From IMG/VR virus record IMGVR_UViG_3300000228_000004, positions 32,001 to 96,000 of that record: DNA of 64,000 bases. One strand, 5' to 3'. The notes beneath the pieces are model-generated. The model was not told where the DNA came from. It was given only the letters and a program-made list of their open reading frames with translations, and searched no databases. Positions 29,270 through 39,442 of this stretch are shown here, one piece after another. Made by a program: the position numbers and the translations under genes. Source of the DNA: a virus. Numbering within the stretch: position 1 is the stretch's first letter; each line of letters begins with the position of its first letter.

Positions 29270-30080
29270 CTAAAACCACTCAGAAACTAACTCTAAATTT
29301 TCACTGAAAAATAAACATTCCAAATTTCCATTTTTTTGTTTGTTGGTTGAAGGAGCAGTTGAATTCATTTCCCTTATTTTTTCGAATTTTAAATCACCAT
29401 TTATATTGTTCAGTATATCTGTATAAACATAATCAAAATCCCCTTTTTTTAAAAAGTCAATGAATTCGCGTAAATCGTTTTCAGAAAACCCACTATAAGA
29501 TGAAGCTTGTGAAAAATAAGGGGATCTAAAAAATACAGCGCATCGGTGTTCCCCATCAGGGTTTTATATGATAGATTAGTAATCTTTGTCTTTCTTAATA
29601 CATCTTTCACTGAATTGAAATCCGTTTCATTTAAAGTGTAAAATCTACCCCCGAAGCTTTGATTCATACCGTTTGGTCCAAATCTTAAAAATGAATTAAT
29701 ACAAGAATTTGTTAAAAAATGTAGATATACCCCTTCCTCTTCTACCCCAGTCTTCCAGAAATTTTGATTGAACCAATCCCTGAAAGCATAATAAGAATTT
29801 TTGTCTTCTTTTATATATCCCCAAATTTCTCTAGTACGAACCGTTGTTCTTGGGTATATTCTTTGAAATTTATTATTTTAAATGTTTCGTACATTCTATA
29901 TATATTTTCGTCTAAATCATTTACCGAATATTCATCAAATGATTTATCCAAATTAAACAAAACCGCACCTGAACCGACGAAAGGTTCTATATAAATTTCC
30001 TTTTTCGTATTATTGATGTATTCATTTATGATACCGACAAACTTAGATTTACTGCCGGAATACCTAAAAAATTTTAACAT
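29270..30080 (-). pseudogene. dam: Dam-family adenine methyltransferase broken by a 2-bp insertion (~29815) and a 1-bp deletion in the DPPY codons (~29520)
   Basis: RYSGSK, EPFVGSGAV, ND. Restoring the indels gives ...FLRFGPNG...YFLDPPY...ELVSEWF*. May be a sequencing artefact rather than a pseudogene. Confidence 0.75.
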
Positions 30081-30095
30081 TTTTTGTCCTTGTTA

Positions 30096-31076
30096 TTAAA
30101 ACGGGGTGTTTATGTGGTCTTCAATAATTTCAATGATCCCCTCTATTATACCCAAGTGGTCATCCCTCAACATATTATCATCAATAGTAATACCGAAAGC
30201 ATGATCATGTCCACCACTTGATATTACCATCGGGTTTTGTCTCACATACCACAGGATAGTATCTTTCAATTGCTTAGCGTCGGTGTTATCTACCCTATGT
30301 GAAAATCGTATAGAAATATTCTTACCTTTTGTCTCATAAGGTAAAACATAATAATCGAAATCTGGGTAGTCATTTTGCCAAAATGACTTATGTTTATCAC
30401 AAAAAGCAAGTAAAATAGAATTTTCTTCGTCAAACACCGCTATATTGTTTTCTATAAGTGATTTGAAATACCTATCTTTATCTTCCAAAATTTTAACATA
30501 TATATCTTTGAACATTTTAGGTATTTTATATTGGTTTCTTATGATGTTTGATTTGAATGCCGAAAGCTTCAATTCCCAGAATACTGAATTTAAAAACCAA
30601 CCTATTTTGAAATTAGTTGGGTCTTCAAACTCTTTGTATATATCAAATGCATTAATAAACCCAACCAACTTTCCTAAATCTTCATTTACTGAGTGCGTAA
30701 ATTCATAAGTCAATAGGGTAGCTGACTTCCCTATCTCGTGCTTACAGTAAACATTAGGGAAACTCGCCAATTCATTAAATGTTTCTAATACATCACCCTC
30801 ATATGGGTGATGGTCTATGAATATAATTTTAATATGTGGGTGCCCTTCCGCTACTCTCATCAATTCTAGAAAAGCATCTTTATCGAAACTTAAATCAGTC
30901 ACGAATAGGGTTTTAGTTAAATGATTGATGTCCAAGTCTATTGATTTCAGTGTATCTGTTACTGACCCATACGATACATGAAAGGTATCCATATCCCCGA
31001 ATTTTTCTCTTAGTACTATGTTCGACCCAGCGCCATCAAGATCATTATGCGTCAAGTTAATTCTTTCTTTCATCAA
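30096..31076 (-). CDS. DHH-family phosphoesterase/exonuclease
   Basis: HNDLDG, TDLS, IDHH, GGH motifs. Confidence 0.85.
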   Translation of the reverse strand: MMKERINLTHNDLDGAGSNIVLREKFGDMDTFHVSYGSVTDTLKSIDLDINHLTKTLFVTDLSFDKDAFLELMRVAEGHPHIKIIFIDHHPYEGDVLETFNELASFPNVYCKHEIGKSATLLTYEFTHSVNEDLGKLVGFINAFDIYKEFEDPTNFKIGWFLNSVFWELKLSAFKSNIIRNQYKIPKMFKDIYVKILEDKDRYFKSLIENNIAVFDEENSILLAFCDKHKSFWQNDYPDFDYYVLPYETKGKNISIRFSHRVDNTDAKQLKDTILWYVRQNPMVISSGGHDHAFGITIDDNMLRDDHLGIIEGIIEIIEDHINTPF

Positions 31077-31510
31077 ACTTTACCCTTTGAATATTTTTTG
31101 TTAATTCTTTCTATTTCGATTTCAGGCATCATTTCTATATATTCTAACGCAGTACTTTCATTACACCTATAATATCTCATTACATTATCGATGGAACCGC
31201 TTTCGAATTTTTTCTTCCCTTTTTCAAACGGTATAAAACTTTTCGAGACCATGTTTCGTATTATATCCCATTGCTTATCAACTGGTATAGTTTTAGTCGT
31301 GAACATCAAAGCAAAATCTAAAGTATTCTCGAATCTAGCCAATAATTTATGAAACATAAATTCACTTATTTTCTCTTTTTCTTTTTGGGGGGGTTTTATT
31401 TTTTTATCAATACTAGCATTCATTACGCTCCACATAGAAGTTTCTTTTGGCGGCATATACTCTGGTATACTGGTTTCAGTATGGGTTATACCCCATTCAT
31501 CAGCCAACAT
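31073..31510 (-). CDS. 62: gp62 clamp-loader small subunit
   Basis: SEFM....LA, V.RYY..N...A.EYI pattern; replication operon context. Confidence 0.65.
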   Translation of the reverse strand: MLADEWGITHTETSIPEYMPPKETSMWSVMNASIDKKIKPPQKEKEKISEFMFHKLLARFENTLDFALMFTTKTIPVDKQWDIIRNMVSKSFIPFEKGKKKFESGSIDNVMRYYRCNESTALEYIEMMPEIEIERINKKYSKGKV

Positions 31511-31895
31511 CCGATACCTCAGATGTTCGTTTTGAATTAGCGGAAACTGGGGCTACTGGGTCAGGCGTTTCCTGACCTTTACCCTCACGCGGAATTCCTT
31601 TCTTTTTCATTAGGTCGTGAACACCTAGATTGGCTTCTTCACCAAATATGTCATAGTAATAAGAAATCGCGTCATTGATATTAGAGCTATGAAATTTATA
31701 AGACTCTTGTGCTTTTTCAACGATACTCTTGAGGTTTTCATCTTCTGGGGTTTTATCCAGGACACCAGCCATATGTGAGTGAACAGACATTGCTTGTGAC
31801 GCAAGGTGTGAATTTGACAAGGTACTGAAAACTAAATCTAACCTCACTGTAATTTCTTCTAATTTTTTTCTTAACTCTTTCATTTCATTTTCCAT
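31500..31895 (-). CDS. Hypothetical protein
   Basis: ORF track. Confidence 0.55.
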   Translation of the reverse strand: MENEMKELRKKLEEITVRLDLVFSTLSNSHLASQAMSVHSHMAGVLDKTPEDENLKSIVEKAQESYKFHSSNINDAISYYYDIFGEEANLGVHDLMKKKGIPREGKGQETPDPVAPVSANSKRTSEVSDVG

Positions 31896-31933
31896 TTCAT
31901 TCCCTTAAAATTGTTGATATTATTACAACATAA

Positions 31934-31957
31934 GACCATATGTAGCTACATATGGTC
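31934..31957. repeat. Perfect 24-bp palindrome GACCATATGTAGCTACATATGGTC
   Basis: Seen directly; function unknown. Confidence 0.6.
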
Positions 31958-32005
31958 GATCTCTCCCAATCCTCTGCATATGACTCCAAAGTACATTGTA
32001 TGAAT

Positions 32006-32353
32006 TTACCATATATTCATAGACTCACTTGAACCAGATATCGTTTTCGGTTTGATGCGGTATTTTATCCCTCTTTTAATATTCGAATCAAACCTGTTTA
32101 AGGTATCTGTAACTGTATCACGCCACTCATTGGTGTATTTATCACGCACTTGAATTTCCCTTCGGTCATCTATGAACTGTTTCCTAAGTTCCGCATATAC
32201 ATCATCTACTATGTAGTGATTGTATATACACCAATTTGGTTCTTCTAGAAGTTCCCATCTTTTTCCTGGTTGTCTACTTCTGAACCACACCTTAATACCT
32301 GATGGGCTATTAGAGAATTTGTCCATCTCATCTTTATGTCCAGGTTTACACAT
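32006..32353 (-). CDS. Trp-rich paralogue family member 4 (C-terminally shortened)
   Basis: P.G.KVW, YIVDD.YAELRKQFIDD, YRIKPKT. Confidence 0.7.
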   Translation of the reverse strand: MCKPGHKDEMDKFSNSPSGIKVWFRSRQPGKRWELLEEPNWCIYNHYIVDDVYAELRKQFIDDRREIQVRDKYTNEWRDTVTDTLNRFDSNIKRGIKYRIKPKTISGSSESMNIW

Positions 32354-32362
32354 TTCATTCCC

Positions 32363-32920
32363 TTAAAATTCAAAATCTTCATCATCTATTTCGCTATGCA
32401 TAAAAGTATATTTTTCCTCAAACCTCAACGCTACTGCTGGGTCTGATAATATTGGCTTCAAAAATTCCTTCCAATTATTCCATATTTCCTTTTCTCGCCA
32501 TTTTTTGTCACCTTCTACACTAGCGCGTGAATAATACCCCATAGTCGGTTTTGTCACGAAACCGAATTCCAATAAATCATCTAAGATTCCATATGCTGGG
32601 TGTATCCCTCCGTCATATTTTATGAGGTATCTAAGCTTCGTCAGTTCTTTACAGAACCTAGACTTTTTTGTCTGGGCTAATATTAATGCGCCAGTTATTT
32701 CCGTACTTGAATCAGTATCTTTCGCTTTTGCTTTTGAAGATCCAAGTACAATCGAGCTTGAAGCGAAGTATAACCCTCTACCACCGCCAATCGCAAGTGG
32801 ATCGAACTGGTTCATGGAATTATGTGAAATCAGCCCATTTCCTAATATATAATTATGACAAGGCGTTTCAATGTCATATACAGTTTCATGACCTTTTATG
32901 TTTACGCTTTTAACTTTCAT
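32363..32920 (-). CDS. uvsX: Split-intein C fragment (34 aa, 32819-32920) plus UvsX C-terminal half
   Basis: VYDIET..HNYILGNGLISHN|S, then L2-loop AIGGGRG, KSRF, GGI..AYG; has its own AGGAG RBS. Confidence 0.92.
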   Translation of the reverse strand: MKVKSVNIKGHETVYDIETPCHNYILGNGLISHNSMNQFDPLAIGGGRGLYFASSSIVLGSSKAKAKDTDSSTEITGALILAQTKKSRFCKELTKLRYLIKYDGGIHPAYGILDDLLEFGFVTKPTMGYYSRASVEGDKKWREKEIWNNWKEFLKPILSDPAVALRFEEKYTFMHSEIDDEDFEF

Positions 32921-33011
32921 CTATTTCTCCTAATTTAATTTTCCACCCATAGAATTTACTTCTTTTGGAATATGGTTCTCTTTTCACACCCCGATTAAAT
33001 TTGAATTACCA

Positions 33012-33902
33012 TCATCCAATGTCAGTATATAACCTCTGGTCGTCATATAATTGGATATCATCATCAGTGACTAATTCACTCACTGGTACCCAAATTTGTT
33101 TTCCATCTCGCTCAACTAAAAACTTATGGTTTTCCGTGAATTCCAATATTTCACCATTTTCCATCTCTATTGAATACACTGGGGCATCATCGTATTGGAA
33201 AATATCTTGGACTTCTTGATAACCTTCCGTCGTTAATACTTCTTCACCTATCTTAATGTCAGCTAAAGACTTCCTTCCTTCTTTAGTCTTAACGGTCATT
33301 TTATTTGTCCCGCAGTCATATACCTGATTGATAACAAACACTGTCATCCCCAAACCAGTAAGGAGTTTCGCGAAAGTATTTTTCTTTTTTGATACGGTAA
33401 AGTCGGCTGCATCATTACCAGTAATCGCGTCATTCACCGATTTAGAAGTGACTAAACCACCCCAAGAATCTATTACAAGTAAAACATTCCCTCTTTCTTC
33501 TTTACTCAATTCTTTAGTGATCGCCATGACCTGTTGTTGAACATCTTCTATTTGGTTACTTTGAATAACGAGGAGTCTCCCGAGGTCAATCCCGACAGAA
33601 TTAGCAAAATCGAAGTCGAATGCCATTTCAGAATCGATGTAAATGACAATGAACTCATCATTTATTTTTTGTGAATTTTTAGATACTTTCAACCCAACAA
33701 AACTTTTTCCTAAACTGCTTGGCGCCGCGATTTGTGATATTTTTCCGACTGGTATACCGCCATTCAATCTTCCGCTAAAGAGGATATTCAGTACCAAAGA
33801 ACCAGTACTGATGAACTTTTGCTCTCTTTCTATATTTTGGTACAGGTTTTCCTTTATCACTTTGTTTTTTGATAACTTCCCTATCATACTATTTTCTTTC
33901 AT
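33012..33902 (-). CDS. uvsX: UvsX/RecA recombinase N-terminal half plus split-intein N fragment (100 aa, 33015-33314)
   Basis: STGS..LN..SG, APSSLGKS, IDSE, VIDSWG, VINQVYD|CGTN..., FTENHKF. Confidence 0.92.
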   Translation of the reverse strand: MKENSMIGKLSKNKVIKENLYQNIEREQKFISTGSLVLNILFSGRLNGGIPVGKISQIAAPSSLGKSFVGLKVSKNSQKINDEFIVIYIDSEMAFDFDFANSVGIDLGRLLVIQSNQIEDVQQQVMAITKELSKEERGNVLLVIDSWGGLVTSKSVNDAITGNDAADFTVSKKKNTFAKLLTGLGMTVFVINQVYDCGTNKMTVKTKEGRKSLADIKIGEEVLTTEGYQEVQDIFQYDDAPVYSIEMENGEILEFTENHKFLVERDGKQIWVPVSELVTDDDIQLYDDQRLYTDIG

Positions 33903-34324
33903 TCTTCCCCCGATTTATTGATTTGTTCTGATTTTTCTTTTAAATACTCTTCATACCTATTTGCTTGGAGATCACTGAGATTATCCAACATCGCTTCTAC
34001 ATCATTGATATCCCTTTCAGGAGAAGAATACCTGAATTCATCTTCGACACCATTCAATTCTTCCATTAGGAAGAAAAATTCTTCCATGAATATTTCCATA
34101 CTTAGGTCATCTTCAAATAAAATCCCATAAGAGTCATTTATTACTATCGAAGACTCTTTTTCATTTATAGAAACCGAATAAGGGTTTTCTAGAGCGCCAT
34201 CTAAAACAAACAAGAGCGTTTCGACTTCAGTGAATGTTCTATCTTCATGCACGGAATATAATTTCCTTATGTAACCGTTTACTCTCTTCACCATGAAATA
34301 TGTTACATTATTTAGAAAATTCAC
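33899..34324 (-). CDS. Acidic hypothetical protein
   Basis: ORF track. Confidence 0.55.
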   Translation of the reverse strand: MNFLNNVTYFMVKRVNGYIRKLYSVHEDRTFTEVETLLFVLDGALENPYSVSINEKESSIVINDSYGILFEDDLSMEIFMEEFFFLMEELNGVEDEFRYSSPERDINDVEAMLDNLSDLQANRYEEYLKEKSEQINKSGEE

Positions 34325-34366
34325 GCTCCCCCCTTTCCTTTAATTATACCGCGTCATACTTTACAT

Positions 34367-35317
34367 TTACTTAAACTTTATCGTGGTATCACTTATAATC
34401 TTCACCGCGAACGCGAGTAATGGGATATGTTTGTTCTTTGCCCTTTGTGAATAGTCTTGGTAATCAGCTAACTCTAGAATAACCATGGGTTGGGCTTCTG
34501 GTTTGAAAATATTGTCAAGATTTTTATATACATAAGTGTAAAAATTATCTGGTATTAAAATTTCATTAACTACATCTTTCACTATCTTGAATTTCCTGTG
34601 TAACATCGCATCAATTAAAGAAGCGAAAATATCATCAGTTTTTGCAATATTTTCGAACTCTAATTTACCGGAACTAGAATGTTTTTGTATGAACATCAAC
34701 ATATTCCTAGTTGATGGGTACATAGTAGTCACCACTTTCATTATATCCTGTTTATCGTAGGTAATATCTTCATTTTCAAGTACAGAACACAACCGCTTGA
34801 AAATTTGAGTACCGAGTTCTTTCTTGTTCTGGCTATAAATATCATCCAAATTGAATATTTGTAATCTATCCAATAACGGGGGCATAAGTTTATCTATATA
34901 GTTCCCAGTAAACATAAATCTGTTATTTTTAGCGTACTGTTCTAGGTCAGAACGAAGCGTTGACTGAGCAGCAGTCGTCAGGTAATCTGACTCATCTATA
35001 CAAGTAATTTTATGTTTACCTAGAACCGACTTCCCTCTTGAGAACTGACCAATATCATTCCTCATCACATCAATCCCGTTGTCCTTAGAACCGTTAATCC
35101 ACAAAGTTTCAACACCAAGTTGTTTAGTAATGACATTCATTATAGTACTTTTACCAGTTCCAGGTGAAAGCCCGAAAATCCCAATATTTGGTATTTCTCC
35201 AGAGTTCAACCAAGTTCTTATAATAGCCTTCTCTTTTCCTGGGAAAATTAAGTCATCTATGTTCTCAGGTCTATATTTTTCAGCCCATATATATTGTTCG
35301 TCGTTAGTTACCATCAT
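34367..35317 (-). CDS. 44: gp44 clamp-loader AAA+ subunit
   Basis: WAEKYRP, SPGTGKS, INGS, IDESD, AQ..LR. Confidence 0.92.
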   Translation of the reverse strand: MMVTNDEQYIWAEKYRPENIDDLIFPGKEKAIIRTWLNSGEIPNIGIFGLSPGTGKSTIMNVITKQLGVETLWINGSKDNGIDVMRNDIGQFSRGKSVLGKHKITCIDESDYLTTAAQSTLRSDLEQYAKNNRFMFTGNYIDKLMPPLLDRLQIFNLDDIYSQNKKELGTQIFKRLCSVLENEDITYDKQDIMKVVTTMYPSTRNMLMFIQKHSSSGKLEFENIAKTDDIFASLIDAMLHRKFKIVKDVVNEILIPDNFYTYVYKNLDNIFKPEAQPMVILELADYQDYSQRAKNKHIPLLAFAVKIISDTTIKFK

Positions 35318-35322
35318 TTTTC

Positions 35323-35880
35323 CTATAATTCAATTTGTGTTAAAAGGGAATTGATCCTAATTATTGATTCTCCTTTAAATGTCAAGAAAAGCATCATGAA
35401 TTTAAGCTTCCTCAATACATGCCCAAAAGTTCTCCCTAGATCGGCTTGGTCGTTATCGTATTTCCTAAAGAACCACGCGGTGTAAAATTTAATATTTCCG
35501 TCCATAAATTCCTTTAAAACTATTTGTTGCGTTATGTTACTTCCGTATTTTTCCCTAAAAAATTTTACATCTGCGCCGATAAATTCTTGATAATTGAGAA
35601 TTATGTGTTTAAACATAGTTATTTCTTTTAGTTCCAACTCCCTTAGTTCAGCCAACATACCCCTGAAAGAAGAAGGTGTCTTAGAAAACATTATATAAAC
35701 GCAAGCCAAGACAAAGGTTTCTTTGGTCTTTCCCTCCCATTTTTGGTAAGGGAAGTATGACTTTGAATTTTCTTTAGTGTTAAATTTATGATTTGAATGT
35801 AGTAACCTATAATCTAATTGACTATCATAAGTAACAAATATCCCTTGGGCTATATCATATTGTTGGCCAAATTGTAGCAT
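35323..35880 (-). CDS. Possible gp59 helicase loader
   Basis: Size and position downstream of gp33 as in T4; weak sequence cues only. Confidence 0.4.
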   Translation of the reverse strand: MLQFGQQYDIAQGIFVTYDSQLDYRLLHSNHKFNTKENSKSYFPYQKWEGKTKETFVLACVYIMFSKTPSSFRGMLAELRELELKEITMFKHIILNYQEFIGADVKFFREKYGSNITQQIVLKEFMDGNIKFYTAWFFRKYDNDQADLGRTFGHVLRKLKFMMLFLTFKGESIIRINSLLTQIEL

Positions 35881-36059
35881 TACTTTAACCTAAATTCTTT
35901 TATAGTAACTACTAATCCGTGTTCAGTTAAATCATCAGATGCAATATATGCATCTTCTATATCCTTGAATATTTCTATGATATTTCTATCTATAATTATA
36001 GCGTAAACCATTCCATTTTCCTTTATTCCTTATTATACCATACTTCTATAAATTAGAAC

Positions 36060-36308
36060 TTAAACCCACTCTTCTATGTTTAAAAAAGATCTTTTGGTCG
36101 TTTGAAACTTAGCTTCGTTGTGAAACTTTAGGTCTTCTTCAAATGTAGTCCTGAAAGATTTGTCTTTCTTTAACATTTCACCTACTGTGTCTATATCTTT
36201 ATCCAATTCTTCGCAATAAGTTGTTATCACTTCCAAGATTGAAATACCAGATAACTTTCTCTGTTTCTTGAACAGTAGAATATCTTGGTAAATACTAGAA
36301 AATTCCAT
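36060..36308 (-). CDS. 33: gp33 late-transcription co-activator
   Basis: S.LE.IT.YCEE pattern; ends NIEEWV where T4 gp33 has its clamp-binding tail. Confidence 0.7.
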   Translation of the reverse strand: MEFSSIYQDILLFKKQRKLSGISILEVITTYCEELDKDIDTVGEMLKKDKSFRTTFEEDLKFHNEAKFQTTKRSFLNIEEWV

Positions 36309-36317
36309 CTTCCCCCC

Positions 36318-38051
36318 TTAAATTTCATCGGTTTCAAATGAACTGAAACCATCAATTTGTTTTACTTTTATGATTCTGCTTAAAAGTTCCAATTTATTTT
36401 TTATATCTGGGTTATGTGAAATTAAAACAACATCTTTGCTTTTACTAAAGACCTCATCGATAATAACCATAACCTCATCTATGCCGCTTACATCAAGTGA
36501 ACTATCCAAATATTCATCTAATATTAACAAGTTGGTGCTGATACCATTCTTTTCTTCTATCAACTTCAAGAAAGCAAATAAAATACTTAAAGTTATCCTT
36601 TGTTTTTGACCATTCGAAAGAGAGTTAAAATCATTATCAGAATTTCTTGAAATAATCTTTTCGTTAAATTCATTGTCTATAACAAAGTTGAACTTAGAAC
36701 CAAACAGTTCAAGGAACTCATTGATGTATTTGTTCAAAAATGGGAGTTGTTGATTTAAAATAACGCCCTTTAAATTTTTATCTGAAACCATTTCTTCTAA
36801 TTCATCCAAATCAGATAGAGAATTCTTTATGCTAACGAACCTATTTTTAGTATTGTCAAATTCTACCTCTTGTAAGTTTAGTTCAGCGTAATTTACTTCA
36901 ATTTGTTTCCACTCATTTATCTTATCAAATTTTTCCTTGATTTTTGCTAATGAAATTTTTGACTGTTTTTCATTCTCGGCTATTCTATTCCTATTATTGG
37001 TCTTCTGTAATATTTCATTTTGAATTTTAATGGTATCTTCTACGACTGACAAAGTTTCAGTTTTTTCTACTAGAACGCAATTCAATTCATCTTTCATTGC
37101 CTGAGCAGAATATGGCAAATGTTCTTTTATTTCAAATTCACAAGACGGGCAAATGACCTTATTTTGTTCATTCGCGATAAGCTTCCTTACCTTAGCTTTT
37201 ATATCCTGTTCTTTTTCGAGTATAGTTTCCAATGATGAATTCATTTCTTTCAGTTTTTCACCATTTTCGAGCCACTCTGAGTGTAATTTATCTAATGCTG
37301 ATAAAAGAACTGGGTATTTGTCTAATTTACACATAATTTCAAACTCTTCATCTTTCAAGTGTGAAATAATCGAGTCCCTGTTTTCATTCATTTCTTCATT
37401 TTGTTTTTCAAGTGACGCAATACTAATTTTCATTGAATCTAAGTTGTGTTTCTGGACTTCAATTTTATATGAATATTCTGTCAACATAGTTTTTTGGGTA
37501 GTTTTTTCTTCTTTAACCCTTTCCTTTATTTTCGTAAAAATAGCGGTATCAGTGATAACCTGAAGCACTTCTTCTTTTTCGTTCTTATTGAGCTCCATAA
37601 AATTTCTAGATGTACTCAAATTAGCCCCAAGAGCAATCAATTGCCTGAATACATTTTCCCCAAATTGGAGAATATTCTCTTCAAGCAAGATTTGGTAGTC
37701 TCTGTTCGTACTAGGTTTCTCTATTTGCGAGAAACCACTTTCGTCTTCTTTGTAAATTTCAAAAATATCTGGTTTGATGCCACGCACCACTTTAAACCTA
37801 TTCCCATTAATACTGAAGATGGTTTCTGTGTGTAAAGCCTTGTTGTTTTTGTTATTGACCAATTTTCCGATATTTATCTTTCTAAATGGTTTCCCGAATA
37901 AACAATATGTAAGAGCGTCGACAAAAGAAGATTTACCCATCCCATTAGACCCCATCACTAAGTCTATACCATTCTTGAAATTGAATTCAGTTATTGTGTT
38001 ACCGTAACTTAGTATGTTTTTAAACTTTAAATTTTCAAAATCTATTTTCAT
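36318..38051 (-). CDS. 46: gp46 Rad50-like recombination ATPase
   Basis: KNILSYGN, GSNGMGKS, LFGKPFR, CPSC hook, LSNGQKQR, ILDE, ISH. Confidence 0.93.
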   Translation of the reverse strand: MKIDFENLKFKNILSYGNTITEFNFKNGIDLVMGSNGMGKSSFVDALTYCLFGKPFRKINIGKLVNNKNNKALHTETIFSINGNRFKVVRGIKPDIFEIYKEDESGFSQIEKPSTNRDYQILLEENILQFGENVFRQLIALGANLSTSRNFMELNKNEKEEVLQVITDTAIFTKIKERVKEEKTTQKTMLTEYSYKIEVQKHNLDSMKISIASLEKQNEEMNENRDSIISHLKDEEFEIMCKLDKYPVLLSALDKLHSEWLENGEKLKEMNSSLETILEKEQDIKAKVRKLIANEQNKVICPSCEFEIKEHLPYSAQAMKDELNCVLVEKTETLSVVEDTIKIQNEILQKTNNRNRIAENEKQSKISLAKIKEKFDKINEWKQIEVNYAELNLQEVEFDNTKNRFVSIKNSLSDLDELEEMVSDKNLKGVILNQQLPFLNKYINEFLELFGSKFNFVIDNEFNEKIISRNSDNDFNSLSNGQKQRITLSILFAFLKLIEEKNGISTNLLILDEYLDSSLDVSGIDEVMVIIDEVFSKSKDVVLISHNPDIKNKLELLSRIIKVKQIDGFSSFETDEI

Positions 38052-39127
38052 TAAGCTCCCTCTAGCCCAGACATTATTTTATCTAGAAGTGGTACTAAGT
38101 GCGGTTTCTTTTCATTCACTGTCTTAAAAAGAAGCTCAGTACCACCTATATTGTCAATGTCACCTTTGAAATCAGTCCCTATAAGGTCTGATATTTCTAC
38201 ATTGTTTATGAAATCAAATGTTACCCCAGAATGGTGTAAATCAAATGCAATGGTTTCATATTCTTTGTCTTTTGATTGGTTCACGAAGAATTTAACTTTA
38301 TGTGTTCTTATATCTGGTAGTTCTAGAACCGAGTTGAAAAATAGCGGTTCTTCATAGAACCCAGATAATTCTAATTTATTTTCGTTCGAGTCATCATACT
38401 TTATTTTAAGGTGTTTGGGTGTCACTGTATTTTCTATGAATTCATATTCATGTCCTTGGAATACAAAAAACCCCCTTGGTGTATCGTAATCACCCCAATT
38501 AATCTGATACGGTGTACCGACATACATAACAAAGCCGTCAGTGGATTGAATATGATAGTGTCCCGACACGACCCTTTTTAAACTTTTGATCTTCTTAAAG
38601 AAGCTAGAGCTTAACTCAGATTTTTCATCTAAGTGCCCTTTGATGATTTCAAAGTTCTTAATTTCAAAATGCCCAAGTACTACATCAACGCCTTTTATGT
38701 CCCTTTCAGATATCTTATCACCAATTATCCAAGGAAATAACTTATACTTAGTACCCCCGATATCAAGAACTGTTGGTTCAGTGTAAATAGAAACAGAGCC
38801 CGGAAATAAGTCACCGAAATACTTCACTAGATTAATATTGAGCGTGGTTGAATAGTAAATATCATGGTTCCCGAGAAAACTAATAAACTTAAACCCGAGC
38901 TCTTTCATAGGAGTAAAAAATTCTTTTACTATTGTATCGAATGTTTTTATATTCATCATTTTACGATTATCTAGAAAATCACCCAATTGTACGATAGTGT
39001 TGATGTTGTTTTCTTTCATATAAGGGAAAAGTTGTTCTCTAAAAAAATTGAGTTGTTGCTCTAGGAAATCGTCGCTGAATCCTTTAATCCCGAAGTGTAG
39101 GTCACCGATTATTATAATTTTTTCCAT
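38051..39127 (-). CDS. 47: gp47 Mre11-like nuclease
   Basis: GDLHFG, GDFLDNRK, GNHD, GHFE, SGHYH, YVGTPY. Confidence 0.93.
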   Translation of the reverse strand: MEKIIIIGDLHFGIKGFSDDFLEQQLNFFREQLFPYMKENNINTIVQLGDFLDNRKMMNIKTFDTIVKEFFTPMKELGFKFISFLGNHDIYYSTTLNINLVKYFGDLFPGSVSIYTEPTVLDIGGTKYKLFPWIIGDKISERDIKGVDVVLGHFEIKNFEIIKGHLDEKSELSSSFFKKIKSLKRVVSGHYHIQSTDGFVMYVGTPYQINWGDYDTPRGFFVFQGHEYEFIENTVTPKHLKIKYDDSNENKLELSGFYEEPLFFNSVLELPDIRTHKVKFFVNQSKDKEYETIAFDLHHSGVTFDFINNVEISDLIGTDFKGDIDNIGGTELLFKTVNEKKPHLVPLLDKIMSGLEGA

Positions 39128-39442
39128 TCTAGAATCCGTTCTTTTTTACTTCGACCCACTTCCCACATTTACCACTTTTTTCAACGCACACCCTCAACAC
39201 ATTATCCATATCATATGCCTCATATACATTACTCTTGAGGTTCGTTAGTTTCGCGAAATATCTAGCTGAACTCCATTCTGTCCCTGTATCTAATATATTC
39301 CCATTAGAAAGAATATCATCCATATAGGTACATACAACTAATTTATAATTTTTAGATGGTTTACTGTAATAGCAATCAACGCACTTTTTTTCTGTCATAT
39401 AAGCTCCTTTTAAAGGTAAAGTATATTAAAAATAACTTAGTT

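Noticed and set aside
32921-33011. uvsX intein being contiguous and split only by a sequencing error
   Set aside because: IntN and IntC have typical split-intein lengths, the gap has stops in the relevant frames, and IntC has its own AGGAG RBS and ATG.
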